Assembly: GCA_964199315.1 (NCBI GenBank)
Contig: OZ116701.1
Span: 22,072,001 to 22,136,000, forward strand
Length of the DNA stretch: 64,000 nt
Reading direction: 5' to 3'
Origin: Orbicella franksi
Lineage: Eukaryota
Made by a program: the position numbers and the translations under genes. Shown piece by piece: positions 26,301 through 39,863 of this stretch; within the stretch, counting starts at the first letter, position 1, and every line of letters begins with the position of its first letter. The notes below the pieces were generated by a model. That model made no database searches and was not told where the DNA came from. It was given only the letters and a program-made list of their open reading frames with translations.

Positions 26301-27214
26301 GTTGTGCCTACAAGTGCTAGAGAAGAAATGAAAGCCAAGATTCATGCGAGCCACATAGGGCTTCAGGGTTGCCTTCGCCATGCAAGAGAAGTCCTCTATT
26401 GGCCTGGCATGACTAAGGAGATAGAGCAGCATATCTCTCTCTGTGCAATCTGCAACAGCCACCCAGCAGAACAAGCGAAAGAACCGTTGATCTGCCATTC
26501 CATCCCTACCAGACCCTGGGAGAAGATTGCGGTTGACTTATTTGAGCTTGATGGGAAGAGCTTTATGGTGACTGCTGACTACTATTCAAGCTACTTTGAA
26601 GTTGACAGACTCAACACCAAACTGGAAAGGAAGTCATCGGGAAACTAAAGAGCCACTTAGCTAGACATGGGATTCCCGATGAGCTTGTGTCCGATAATGG
26701 ACCACCATTTTCTTCCACTGAGTTCAGTGCATTTGCCGGTCAGTATGGATTTGAACATGTCACCAGTTCCCCAGGATATCCCCAGTCAAATGGCAAAATA
26801 GAAAATGCAGTCAAAGTATCAAAGAACCTCATGAGGAAAGCAATAGAGTCCAAGAGTGACCCACATCTAGCTTTATTGGCCTGGAGGAACACCCCAAGTG
26901 AAGGGCTAGGAACCTCTCCAGCACAAAGAATCTTTGGGAGGAGGACCAAGACCTTACTTCCAACATCAAGCAGTCTCCTCAAACCCAAGATACCAGAAGA
27001 TGTAGATCAGAAGCTGAAGCTCCAAAAGGCCAAGCAAAACATCAACTACAACCGAGGTGCCAGAGAGCTAGACGACCTACACCCTGGGGACATAGTTCGC
27101 TTACAGCCCCTTAGGTCCATAGGCAAAGACAAACAGTGGGCCCAAGCAAGGGTGGAAGCCAAAGTAGACATCCCGTCATATCAAGTTAGGACAGAAGACG
27201 GGCGAGTGTTCTGA
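23369..27214 (+). pseudogene. gag-pol pseudogene of the Gypsy element
   Basis: Gag WKRF..LLTCIG and zinc knuckle CATCGEKNHFAGMC; protease FQLDSGATVN; RT IFDDILIYG; RNase H CDASDKGLGA; integrase HIG..C/PWEKIAVDLF/SDNGPPF/NGKIE; several stops and frameshifts. Confidence 0.93.
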
Positions 27215-27533
27215 CGCAACTGAAAACACCTAAGGCGCACTCGTGAACAGCTGGAGCGAGCAGTAGTTCATCCACAACAGGAAGCAGTGATGAACCCGAT
27301 AGAGAACATGCCAGCTACTGCCCCTCAGAACAACGCTCCAACTCCTCCAGCAGAGGAGCAGCCTGTTTCCAAAACAACACCTGCTAAGGAAACACCAAAG
27401 AAACCTGGACAAGATGACCTACCAAAGGAGAGCAAACAAGGCTTGGGCACTTCTGTGATCAAAACCCGCAGTGGGCATGTCGTCAAGACACCTTCCCAAT
27501 TTAAGGACTAGGACAATGTCGCGAGACTTACAT

Positions 27534-27683
27534 GGACAGAGACACTTATTTCCGGATTTGTTGTGTGAGATTTTTAAGGACAGTAACACTTGATTCTGGA
27601 TTTGTCGTGTGATATTAATAAGGACAGAGACACTTAGTTCCCGGATTTGTTGTGTGAGATTTTATTAATAAGGACAAAGACAT
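27534..27683 (+). repeat. ~45-bp tandem repeats in the Gypsy 3' untranslated region
   Basis: ggacagagacactt..ccggatttgttgtgtgagatttt, about 3.5 copies. Confidence 0.8.
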
Positions 27684-27762
27684 TGGTTTTCTGTGCTCTT
27701 TATTAGCAACTATTTCTGTATTATTGTGTATTATTTCTTACTATTATCCTTAGGAGGGGAGA

Positions 27763-27941
27763 TGTCGCGTATCTTGTTTATTTCACTTCCACTTAACGAT
27801 TATACGTCATAGTGACGTGGTGTCATGCATGAGTGCACGAAACATGCTTTCCGCTTTTGTAGTTCTTGGAGACGCCATTAAAGCTGTATGTCTTACGGAT
27901 CTAAAGTGTTTGTCGTCTTATAGCGTACCCAAGACGTTACA
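27763..27941 (+). repeat. 3' LTR
   Basis: Direct repeat of 23058-23236, preceded by the PPT. Confidence 0.97.
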
Positions 27942-30499
27942 GTAGGTAAAGTTGTAACACTGTAGAAAACAATTTATAAATATGTTGAATTTTGCATCAA
28001 ACAAGGTTAAAATTAAATTTCATGAACACTGATTCTTGCCATTAGGTATTTTAAAGATCAGTTGACTTCGATAACTACATGAACCAGCTTAATTTGATCA
28101 AGAGTGTTGTTAAGTGATGTAAATATGTAAATATGTAAATAATTAACATGTAATTTGTTTACCCACGGAGTACCAAGGAGCTCACAAGAACTTGTTCAGA
28201 AATGCCTGTGCATTTGAAGAGCGGAGAAAATCGGAGTACCCGGAGAAAAACCTCTCAGAGCAGAGTAGAGAACCAACAACAAACTGTGATAATTAAGTGA
28301 GCATGATATTGAGCATGGCATTTTTTACTTTTTACTTTTTCAGAAAATGATGTACCATCAAGTTATAAATCAGTTGCTGGAAACAGTTTATTTACAAGTT
28401 ATTGCATGTACACATATACTTCTCTTTAGCTAGATTTCAAGTTTTCTTTGACTCAACTCAGCTACCAGTATTTAAGCAAGGGGCAGTATCAAGCCCAAAC
28501 TGCTTGAGGTTAACCGAAGTAACAGTATTAGTATTAGCACACAAGTTGCAATACATAAAATAACTTTTATACGGTTAATGTGCCATAATTTTGTGTCAGC
28601 TTTAATACTATTTCCGATGTGCATGCTTTGAAAAAGTTAGAATGAATCAAGATTTGCTTTAAAAATGTAACCTGATTTCAAAACAGCTATTAGGTATTTC
28701 TGATTCTCCAACCCGGTCACCCCCATAAAATATAAAGTGTCCCTAAAGACAAATACATGTGTACAAGAATCAAAGGAGACCTATGGCCAAACTCATGGAT
28801 TAAGTAGTCTAGAGATGAAACATATTGGTGAACTTGCAATTACTGGTGTATCATTAAATGCTGTTAAAACAAGCCGGGTTTTGTACCATGCAAGGTTGCA
28901 CTTAACTCACAAAATGTAAGCTTTTTTTGTTGGCTTTTTTTGCACACGTTACAAAGACATACGTCCAGAATAGCTAGGGTGGCAAAATTGCAGCAGAGCA
29001 TGGAGTGGTAAAGGCCAAGGGTTCTTGGGTCACAGAGGACATTCCTGCCCAACAAATCATAGAGTACTCTCCCCCTACCCCCCTTCCCTCACACCCAGAT
29101 ATTAATGTTGATCTGCCTGCTGGAAAAACTTGCATGTATTCAAGTCGTAAGAGCTCACAAACGTTTTTCATTGCATTTCATTCAAGGCTATAGGTAAGGT
29201 TTCTTATGAGACAGCACTTCTTTCCAATGTGGAACCGCTTGTCTCTATATATATTGCACGTAAAATACATCAAAATAAGTAGCCTCTTTTGCAAGCATTT
29301 TCAGCGTTGATCTGAAAAATCTGTCGACCCATAAATATGTGTTCCAACAATAGTAATAACAGCTTTATTGAAGTGTCAATGTATTTATTATTAACTACTA
29401 ATTGGGGACAAGCCCAGAGGGGGTTTCTTTCCCTTTGTTATCTTTTTAATCAGGAAGCAAAAGTGTAAACAAAAGACAGGATAAAAATCATTTAAGCTTA
29501 TCAAAATCAAGTATTTGGGAATTTCTTTCCAAGTTTGTGTGCATTTCACATCCCACTCAGAGTTCAGATCCTTGTACTAAAATAAACAAGACAAGTATAG
29601 AGAACACAATTTTAATCTAAACTTAACTCAATTCCAGTTGAACATGGCCAACTCAACATGAAAAACTTAAGTGTTTAAACTCCAAAGCTGTGAACGATGG
29701 TCCTACTTGATTGAATGTTGGATCTCACAGGAGATCTAATCAGCCAAATTTGGAGAGTAAAATGATAAAACATCACTACTGCAAGGCTGACACAATGTCG
29801 TAGAGTTAAAACAAAATTTCAGCTGGTCTCAGGTTTAGATGTAACTAAATCATAAAAATGAAATTACAATATTATACAATGGTGCCGATGTTTGTCCTGT
29901 TTTTAATAGCTGTTTTGTTCATTAAAAGTTGTTTGTTTTGCTCATATAAGTTCATTAAGATCGAGGAATATGACACATTCTCATCAAAGCTTACCACATT
30001 AGCATGAGATTTAATCATTTTCCGTTCACTTTCCAGCAAACAAATCCACATCTCCTGGTCATTTTGAACGCCTGGACGACTCAAATGCTCATGAAATTCA
30101 GCCTTCAAGTTGGCCATAGTACTAACTCAAACATTCAAAGTCAACTCCACTTCAATTTAGCAAAACACTTAATATTAATGGTCCTGTAAAAGCTACAAAA
30201 TCAGCAATATTCGGGCTGGCACAATGCACGCATTGAGTGGTAGGCTCACACTGACTGTACGGTTACTATTCCAATATGGCGTCGGGCTCGGTTACTATTC
30301 CAACATGGTGTCAGACTCGGGTGCTCTCGTTTGGGCCGACTAATTACGAACAGTGTCTACACCTGAGTGAGTGACACATTTGCATTCATTGGAGTCCCCG
30401 CAACAAACACTTTTCTACGCTTCATGTAGCCACAAGTTTAAAAATCAGTAACAGAACTACCATCATGATTGAAAAACATTACTCTGGTTCAAAAAATGT

Positions 30500-32047
30500 A
30501 AAAATGTTAGTTACTTACATGCTATCGAAACATTTGGCACAGATCCTGAGTCCTATGATGGGTAAGACAAATTTCACGGTCTAGAACAGTGTGGAATTTT
30601 GTGAACATATGAAAAATGTCTCACTCAAAAAAGATGAGGAGCTGGTTTCCTTTGACTTTGTCTCTTTGTTCACATCTATTCCTGTGGAACTCGCCATTCA
30701 AGTTGCTAAAGATTTGCTTTCCAATGAGGACACCTTGCAGGATAGAACCACCATTCCTGTCGATGACATTGTGGACCTGTTGGATTTCTGTTTGTTGACA
30801 ACAAATTTCAAGTATAACAACAATTACTACTAACAGATCTTCGGTACCGCCATGGGCTGTCCAGTGTCAGCTGTTATGGCAAACCTGGTCATGGAAGACC
30901 TTGAAAAATGAGCACTATCCAACTCTCTCTCTCAAACGTGTTTTTGGAAACGATATGTAGATGATGTGTGTGCCGCTGTTAAAACCTAGTGCTAGCCTTA
31001 CAGAGTCATTTAAACAATATTGAGCTGTCGATCCAATTTACAGTTGAAAGAGAAACAGAACAGAAAATATCCTTTCTTGATGTCAGTGTCTGTCGACAAG
31101 ATGATGGCCAACTCTCCACTTAAGTCTATCGCAAACCGACACACACAGAAAGATATCTCTCATTTGACTCTCACCATCCGGCTGCTCACAAAGGGCTGTG
31201 GTCAAGTCTCTGACTGATCGTGCAAAAGCTATCCCATCTTCTGTTGACCAACAATCAAAGGAAATGAAACGTGATCGCGGAACTCAGGTCGAATGGCTAC
31301 CCAAAACACTTTGTTATTCATGCAAGTAAACCAAAACAGCCTTCTCGACAAATGCCTGCAACTGCACTGGATGACAAAAAAGGTTTCTGCATTTTACCGT
31401 ATGTCAGGGGCACTACGGAACCGATTAAGCGAATCCTAAGCAATTACAATATCAAAGTTGCTTTAAAACCACACCATACCATTGGCAATTTATTTCCCAA
31501 ACCAAAAGACCCAATCCCAAAAGATCAGACTCATGGTGCAATTTATTCAATTCCCTGTCAAGGTTGTGACAGAAGCTACATCGGGGAAATGAAACAAAAA
31601 TTTTCCACCCGGCTCAGAGAACATCAAAAAGCGGTTGTAAACAAACACTCACACAAGTCAGCTTTAGCAGAACTTTGTTTACACTCTGGCCACACCATCT
31701 CCTGGGAATCTTCAAAGATTTTACGTACAAGCACAAATTGGCACAACAGACATATTTTAGAAGCATGGGAAATTAAGACTTGTAAGAATCCACTGAACTG
31801 CGGTGATGGCATGCATTTGCTACACGAATTTTTAAATTTAGCCCTAAGGGACAGGACATAATTAGCTCTGATCTGCTGATTTGCACAGTATAAGAACGTG
31901 CCTTTTTACAAATTCCTTGTCACTTTCCCCTGATGAAGGCTGAAGTTTTAGCCGAAACATGGGACTTTTACAAAAATTTTTACTAACATATTTACATTTT
32001 TTAAACCAGAGTAACGTTTTCCAATCATGAATCAACCACCTGGTTAC
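30500..32047 (+). mobile_element. Penelope-like element, RT plus GIY-YIG, degenerate, with 3' terminal module
   Basis: ELVSFDFVSLFTSIP, GTAMGCPVS, FWKRYVDDV (RT); GAIYSIPCQGCDRSYIGEMKQKFSTRLREH (GIY-YIG); hammerhead-like motif at 31926-31964. Confidence 0.9.
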
Positions 32048-32339
32048 AGGACCATTTTTAGAACTACATTAATTGGCAATTTACCAAAGTTCAGGTTATG
32101 TACATGTAAGATGTTGCATGTAGGTCTAGATGATGCACAGATGCATATTTCTTGATGACTTACATAATGTAAGGGGTGTGCAAAAGTGGGTTGGCCATGT
32201 TGGATTATTAAACATGTTGCATTGTGGTGTATTCCGTGTTCTAACAAGCAGGTATATGTAGTATTCAACATTGGAGATATCCCACAGGAGATAATCATCA
32301 ATTCTGGGGCAGGTGCAAATGCCATTAGTCAAGCCTTAT

Positions 32340-32620
32340 GGGAATAACTGAAGAAACATCATATCAAGTGTGTCTAAATGTGAAACATGAAGAAGCTGTG
32401 CACCTATGGAGCAGTTACCCCTCTTGAGGTTATCAGTACATTTACTGCTGATGCTACTTGAAGAAATATGTGTTTACAAGGATTGGCAAATTTAAAGATG
32501 TTCAACTAAACTTACACATTGACCAGCAAGTTCAGCTGGAAGCAAAATTGTTACAGAGGCCTGGATTCAGCTTGGGAGAGAAGATTGAGTAGAAACTGGA
32601 AGAACTGCCTCAAGAAGAAC
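32340..32620 (+). mobile_element. short Gypsy protease-RT linker remnant
   Basis: IGKFKDVQLNLHIDQQV...GFSLGEKIE*KLEEL resembles the Gypsy pol linker. Confidence 0.5.
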
Positions 32621-33424
32621 TGCTGCAATTTGAGCACGCTAACAAAGCGGCAAAGCCACAAAAACAAGTGCGAAAGCCATGAGGAGCCTGGGGGAGAGAC
32701 TTATTTAGACTCCAATTTGCATGCAGCTAAACTCTATTTGTTTCATTGATTGGCTCCCATGTTGTTAGAAATCCATTCATCCATGTATGTAGGTTACGGT
32801 AATCAAGACTCTTCAGTAAATTAGAAGAGAACTCTGGAAAGGATGGGTGTCCTTTCCTACCTGTTTCATGTTTGAAAACATCTATCTGTACTAGATCATT
32901 TATCAATTGCAGAACAGCAAATTCAGGATTTCCAGCAGACCTGTACCCAAGAATTTCTGAAAGCCCACTATCTCTTGTTATAGAATCCTGGATTACTTCT
33001 ATTGGTTCAATGGTATCAGCAATTCTAGCTGCTGAGTCGTCATTGATATTGGCAGCAACTGACTTCCACATGCCTTTAACCTTATGATTGAACTGCTCAG
33101 TTTGCAACTCCAGTGGAATGTTCTTTCCTGGCAAGCCATGTTTGTTAAATGTTCTATTCCATTTAAGGTCATGCGCATCTGGTTCGGACAGAATGGCACC
33201 ACTTTTGGCTAGGTACAGTAGAATGACATAGGCCTAATTGGTTTTGCCATATGCTTTGTACAGTAGCAGAGCAGCCTTGTCAAAGTCATGAAGCCTCTCG
33301 CTGTCTCCTGCTTTGATTGCATCGTCAAATTCGAACAAAATGAGACCAAAGGCCAGCTTTGCCTGATGGTAATTGAACAGGAAATCTTCCTTTGCTGCTC
33401 CCCCATTTGCCTCCCCCTGCAGAT

Positions 33425-36400
33425 TAGACTAGACGACTTTCACAGAATTTGAAAGTTATGAGGCATTTCTTAGTAAAAGTTGGTAACAGGAAAGTAATTC
33501 GACGTGCTGAAAACGAAAATGCTTGGTACCAAATTTTTTTTTGCCATCATCAGCCTCAAAATGACGTCACAAAAATGACATTAAAAATGACGTGATCCTG
33601 GTACTAACTTTATTAACAAAACAATTTAGCCTTCTTGCAACTGCAGCGGAGATTTGTACATCCAGTAGAGCATGAGCATGAGATTATTTCCTGGCAGGCT
33701 TTCGGAATCGGATCTTGTGTCATTAGGAGTGGTTGAAGTTTGTTATCAGCGATCTTCTTCCACCCTAATGTTTAAGGATCTGGAAGATGAGGCTCTGAAC
33801 AGTGAGCTGGTTTCCATACAATTGCCTGATAGTAAACATGCTTTACATGTAGTGATAAAGCATCACTTGTCGGTGGCAGTGCCTCTGGTTTTCCTTTCTT
33901 CGAGAACAAAATAGCTCGGGCCTCATCAACTGATCCAATGCTGTCCTATTTGTACATTTTACAAACAAATTCCTCGACATCTTTTATCTTTTCTTCGGTT
34001 AGCTCTCCCTCTCATAGAGAGGAAAGAAGTGTATGTTGCTTTAGGAATACTTTCCAAGCTGATTTCTTTAAATGGTTGCATATGAAGGACATTGTGTCGC
34101 AACCTGTTAAGGCATGAAAAGGCAGAAGAGTGGATACAGAACCAGCTGAAAGATTTTTGTAGATAGCCCTGATGTTGAAATACTTTCACTTTGTGTCTGT
34201 TCCAGACATCATGTACAGGTTACGCCAAGGGATGTGGGGGACATGTGTGATAAGAAGCAACAAGACATCCATATCCCTTGGCGATAAAACTATGTTGTCA
34301 AGACTGCTGTTGATGCAGTGAACCATCAGACATGTATCTGCTTCCTCGTGGGTTGCCTTTAGAGCAGACAGGTTGATTGCTCTTCCTAATGATTGCACTT
34401 TCCTTTCATCTACAAATCCTCCAGTAGCTACAACAACTTTGTCTTGGAGGTGCATTCACAATGATGTGTTCCGATAGGAACCTGGCTAGATCTGACTTGT
34501 TATCTGGCAATGCAAGGAAGTTTGGCCAACTGTCAGGGAGAGGGACACTGCCATCTTCAATAGCATGTCGGATAAGGCAAGTGAACTTTGTGTGTCTTTC
34601 TCTCATTCCTAACTTGATGGAATCTTCTTGATACCGATCAAATAAGACGTTGATTTGCTGATAGCAGGATCCAGCTTGAAAGCTCTCTGCAAAGCCCCCA
34701 AACGTTTGAGCAACAGATGGTCTCCCAATTGCAGAAACTAATGCCAGACCATCTATTAATAGACCTGAGCTGCCTTGAAACTCTATTTCACTTGGGTAAT
34801 TTATCCCACTTGTAATTAAGTCTGCTAAGACAGATTTCTGCCCAGTTCTGAGACTGTCATTCATCTCTGCTAATGCGACTGGTACAGGCATCAACTCATA
34901 TTTTAGCACACTGGGAGATCAACTTTGCACCCCGCTTCATAAGCAATGATAAGGCATTGAAGGACATTTCCGGTCGGCTCTTAAAATTGTGCTTTTGTTC
35001 TTCTCTTTGCTACTCTTCACAACTTGATACAAGTTATCAATAGTTGGAGCGTTATTCTTGTGCATTGTGTCCCAGAATCTCACTTCTTATGATCTATCTT
35101 GCTGCTGTTGAGAGACACTTGGCAACCTTTGCTCCACGAATTCTGTCATTTTTGCTGATTTCTGCCCAGTTCTGAGACTGCCATTCATCTCTGCTAATGT
35201 GACTGGTACAGGCATCAACACATATTTTAGCACACTGTGGAGATCAACTTTGAGCCCCGTTTCATAAGCAATGATAAGGTATTGAAGGACATTTTGGTCG
35301 GCTCTTAAAATTGTACTTTTGTTCTTTTCTTTGCTGCTCTTTATAACTTGATACAAGTTGTTAATAGTTGGAGCATTATTCTTGTGCATCGTGTCCCAGA
35401 ATCTCACTTCTGATGATCTATCTTGCTGCTGTTGAGAGACACTTGGCAAACTTTGCTCCACAAATTCTTTCATTTGTTGCTGACCAAGCTCTTTGGCATT
35501 TAACAGCGAGACTTAAATTTCATCAATGACAAGATCTTTAGTGGCAATGTTATTAAGACATGTTGGATCTTCTGGTAGTGAAAATATCTTGAACTGCTTG
35601 AGAATGGTGAGCAAAGAACATTCATCCTTCTTGTCACGATCTTTCCTACCACGAGTAGATTCATTGAGAGAAAACTTGGTGCAATCCAAACATTGTGTGT
35701 GTAATTTCAGCTATCTGTGACCTTAGGTTATAGGACAGAGCCCACCTACTCAATGCTGATGACGTCTTGGTTATGTCCACGATTCCTCCACCTCTTTTCC
35801 CTATCCCGTCCAGCCATTCAATGCTGATGACGTCTTGGTTATGCCCACGATTCCTCCACCTCTTTTCCCTATCCCATTCAGCCATTCAAGGCTGTGATTG
35901 GGACTGACCTGGTTGAACTTGCTTTCATTCCATTTGACAACAAAGTTCCCCTTTTTGAACTCTTCTAAGACTTCCTTTGGCAACTGCACCATCTCTGCAA
36001 TGTACACTGATCCCCATCTTGCATAATTCAGATGGTCATATCTGAAAAAATATGGCAACATGTGGCGGAAACTGTGCAAGTACAGGTCCCATATCCCCTC
36101 TCTCTGAGCCCGAATGAACATGAGGAGAACAGATACCATTTCCATGTAGTTCCACCAAAACTTGAAGTTGACATTTTCCTCAGATCTTTGTGCAACGAAT
36201 TTGTTGAGCATCTTTTTCACTCATGGTGACTTCAGGGATGTTATCAGTGCTGCAGCATTTTTGGGAGAGCAAACAAGAGCAGATACTTCTTGGAAGAGAC
36301 CTGGGTACGATTTGTGGCAGAATTCTAACAGAAAAGGCATCAGCAGCTGCCACAATGACTGCATAGTAATCTTGTGGGCACGCATAGCTCTCTTGTAGGC

Positions 36401-37379
36401 TTTTCCATTCATGACATGTTCAGTTGCATTTGGCCTAAGCAGTCCACTCTCAACCCATTCTTCAACCAAGCCTGATCCATTCATATGGTTTCCAAATGTA
36501 AAACAATACAAGTATCATCATTTCTTCCAAGTAAATCAACCAGATGATAGATAACCTCTCTGTTTGCTACGTCCCTGTACTTTCTTCATTTAGTCATTGC
36601 TTTGTAAACAAAATTTTTGCTGTAACTTGCAGCTTCTCTTACATCGTCCTTTGGCTTATTACGCTTCTGACAGATGATGCACAGCTTCAAGTCAACTTCC
36701 AAAGCTCTCTTTAGGGTCACAACTGGATCCATTCCAACATTTCACAGCTTTAAAACAGCTTTCTACTTGCCAAAAATCGAGCAAAGGCATACTAAACAAT
36801 GAAGCTGAGTAACCAGGCTTACTTACCACTGGACTGGACTCAGACAGTAAGAGCGAAATTAGGGAAGTGCGACCGTGAACGCGTTTCTGTTTTCACATTC
36901 AAATGGGTAGCCAGCAACTACATTGAAAAAAAGCCCCGTTGAACCCAAAATAACAGTGCATATGAAACACTTTTCTGTTAATTTGGCCAGTTGAAAAGAA
37001 TGTGTTTCTCTGTGTGAGAGAATATTATGAAAACATAAATGGCGTCATACATTGACCCACGAGACAGGCAAGTCTTAAATTCCTCAAAATACAAAGCATG
37101 TAACATATTATAACTGAACTGGCTCTAGAAAATCCAAATTTGTGACATTTAACTCAGTGGTTTCCCCTTTTCTACACATTTATCACTGCGATGACTTCAT
37201 TCTAAATGTCAATTTTCTGATGTCATTTTCAGACTGCAGATCACAAAATGAACTTTGGTAACAAGCATTTTCGTTTTCAGCACATCAGATTACTTCAGAA
37301 AACTCTTGTTACCAGCTATTACTAAGAAATGCTTCTTGATTTTTGTGAGAAGGACTTTATCCAAATACCGACTAGTCTA
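33425..37379 (-). mobile_element. AcademX-like DNA transposon (transposase plus XPG/PIN-like nuclease), degenerate
   Basis: TAGACTAG..CTAGTCTA termini, diverged TIRs of ~170 bp, GAT TSD (33422-33424 and 37380-37382); motifs GSGLVEEWVESG..GKAYKRAMRAHK, YDHLNYARWG, FDRY, HEEADT, DMDVLLLL. Confidence 0.72.
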
Positions 37380-39863
37380 GATCCTGAGCCTCAACAGTGA
37401 CATTGGGATGTCTCTTGCTTTCGTGGCTAGAAAAGAAAAAAAACAAATTTACACTTGGGAATTGCCTACTAGTTACATTGCACTATTACATAGTTCCCCA
37501 GGGATTACAAATGATTTAACTAGGGGACATCATTTTGCAATTTCAGGAACCTCTCAAAACCTTTTGATTAAAGAAATTGATATATCTGTCCTGTCAAAAA
37601 AAGTAAGACGTTTTACTTGAGTACTTTGGTGTGTGTGTTGGGGCGGGGGCACTTACAAGCACCAACACTGTTTTTATTTTTCCTTACCCATTTCTGGTAG
37701 CTTTAGTTGAGAATACCAGACCACAAGACACTCTGCAGTGGGAAAAAACCCAGCATGTCTCTCTCCTTCCTAGGCTCATACCTTTCCCACACCAGGCCAT
37801 GTTGCAGAGCTTTGCGTCTGGGACACATCGCTCTATTCGACACAAAAACCTATTTGCACCCATAGCACTCTCCAGCTCATGAACCTGCAGAACCAAAGGT
37901 TCAACTTCACTTCCTGTCATTAGATACGTCTCCACATATTTTATGCGAAGCTCATGTAGCGATTTCCTTCGACCTCCTATTCCCAAGTCATCTTTTGATG
38001 GCATGTCATAATCTGGAGCATGTATTCCACATAAAAAGCATACAGGGGGAAAATGAGAGCATCACTTTAAAATGTTCAATACTGCGTACAGCTACATCAG
38101 TAATATTACTGCCTTCAGTCTTTGAGACTCCTCCTCCCTGAGGAATTTCTTAACTTGATCTACTGTGGGTGAATTTGAAGATTTTTAGATCATTTAGATC
38201 CTCTAATTTGCAAAGTTGTTATTTTATTAGAAAATAAATAAATAAACAAACAGTTTGTTAGCAGATCACAGAACACGGGCTGTAATAGTATACATTAAGA
38301 ATGTAGGAGTGACAATACATTGTGTTACTAATGACCTCTGAGTAACAGTGAAGCTACATGTATTGCTTTAGCTGCCTTTCTTAACACAGACCTCATGTTA
38401 ACACCAGAAAGTATAGAAATTTATGTGTATGGAAACCAAAATAATGGAACCAAACAATGATGTGACCATAAAATGAGCTCATTCAAATAAAGTATCTTGT
38501 GTTTACTATCAAAAGTTTTCATCCCAGACATCTCCATAAATGAAGCACAGACATGTGCTTCTATTTCCTGTTGGTGGAATTCTTTATACTCATTATAATG
38601 ATTGTTTACTCCCTTTGCAGCAATTGTCTTGAAAGATTGATTCATGCTCACATGTGAAGTTCCAATCTCTACAGCTGGAGTGGTTTACTGGTGTGGTTTA
38701 CTAATACATGTATGTCACTTCCAACCTGAAAAAATCTAGATCATAAATTTACACACTCAGACACATTTAGAAACTTTTAATTTTAAAGTCATGCCAGTTG
38801 TTAGTCTGTAATTTAATATATAAAGTACATACAGATAGCAAGTCTGAATCTCCATGTTGAAAATGTTCTTTTTTGATAAAATTTATAACTTGTTCTGTTG
38901 CAAATTGGTGGTAGTGGGGCTTTATCCCAAAATTTAAAGGCCGTGGGTCTCAGTAAATTAAAAAAAAAAATTTTTAAATGTTACATTGACATAGCACAGA
39001 TTAAAAAAAAAAAAAAAACAGACAAGAAAACCTGTGTCACTACTCTGTTGTGATCACAGATAATTGAAAGTTAAAATTTATGGAGCAGTAAGAAAACATA
39101 AGTCCACAGAAGATCCATGGATTTTTGTAAGGGATGAAATGTCAAAAGGCAAAAGTTTGCAAGAAGGTTAAAGCTATAATAATAACATTCATGGGTATGA
39201 ATAGGATTTTGGTCCCCCTCCCTTCAATTCCACAACACCTAATTAAAATCAAAACATTGAATTACAAAAATTGTTATCTTAATGATAATGTTGTTAACTA
39301 TTAGAGCTCAATTTGTCATCTTGTATTAATTCAAACCTTATCAATCTCATTCCAGCTAATAAACTAATCTTCTTTAAAATTGTATTTTCTGGTAAGAGGC
39401 AAGCTATTTACAAAAGATGTCTATTGATGACAACAACTACATACTCCCCACCCCTTATTTTCCTGGATTTACCCCTGCCATACTACATGTAAACATATAG
39501 CAACTATGTTAAGGTTAAACTTTGCATGCCAATCTGCAAATTCTGTTTCCAGTCCCTCCAATCTGTCATAAATATTGTCATCATCTTGGTAGACCCAATG
39601 TGTATTTCTGGCCCTTTCTTTGAATAGCTGATCTCCATGAAACAGAACTGTTTTGAGGACTACAGTTTCTTCTTCAGTTTGCAAAGATGGCACATACTTC
39701 TGCTGATTGGAAATCATGAATTGTGCCATCTTGCTCACAACATTTGGATTTAAAAACTCGACACCCAGACTACACTGGAAAGAAAAAACTTCAGGTAATA
39801 ACACTTTCAAGTAATACGTAAAGGTAGATTGCAGTTCCAGCCATTATCCATATTTCCATACAG

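Larger units (their letters stand above)
23058..27941 (+). mobile_element. full-length Ty3/Gypsy LTR retrotransposon (Mag-like), mutated
   Basis: Two 179-bp TG..CA LTRs, GTAGG TSD (23053-23057 and 27942-27946), PBS, PPT aggaggggaga (27752-27762), gag-PR-RT-RH-IN order. Confidence 0.97.

Noticed and set aside
29872-30117. Possible exon MANLKAEF..SHANV|gtaagc
   Set aside because: It has a donor-like site but no recognisable homology, including to THADA, and no convincing acceptor.
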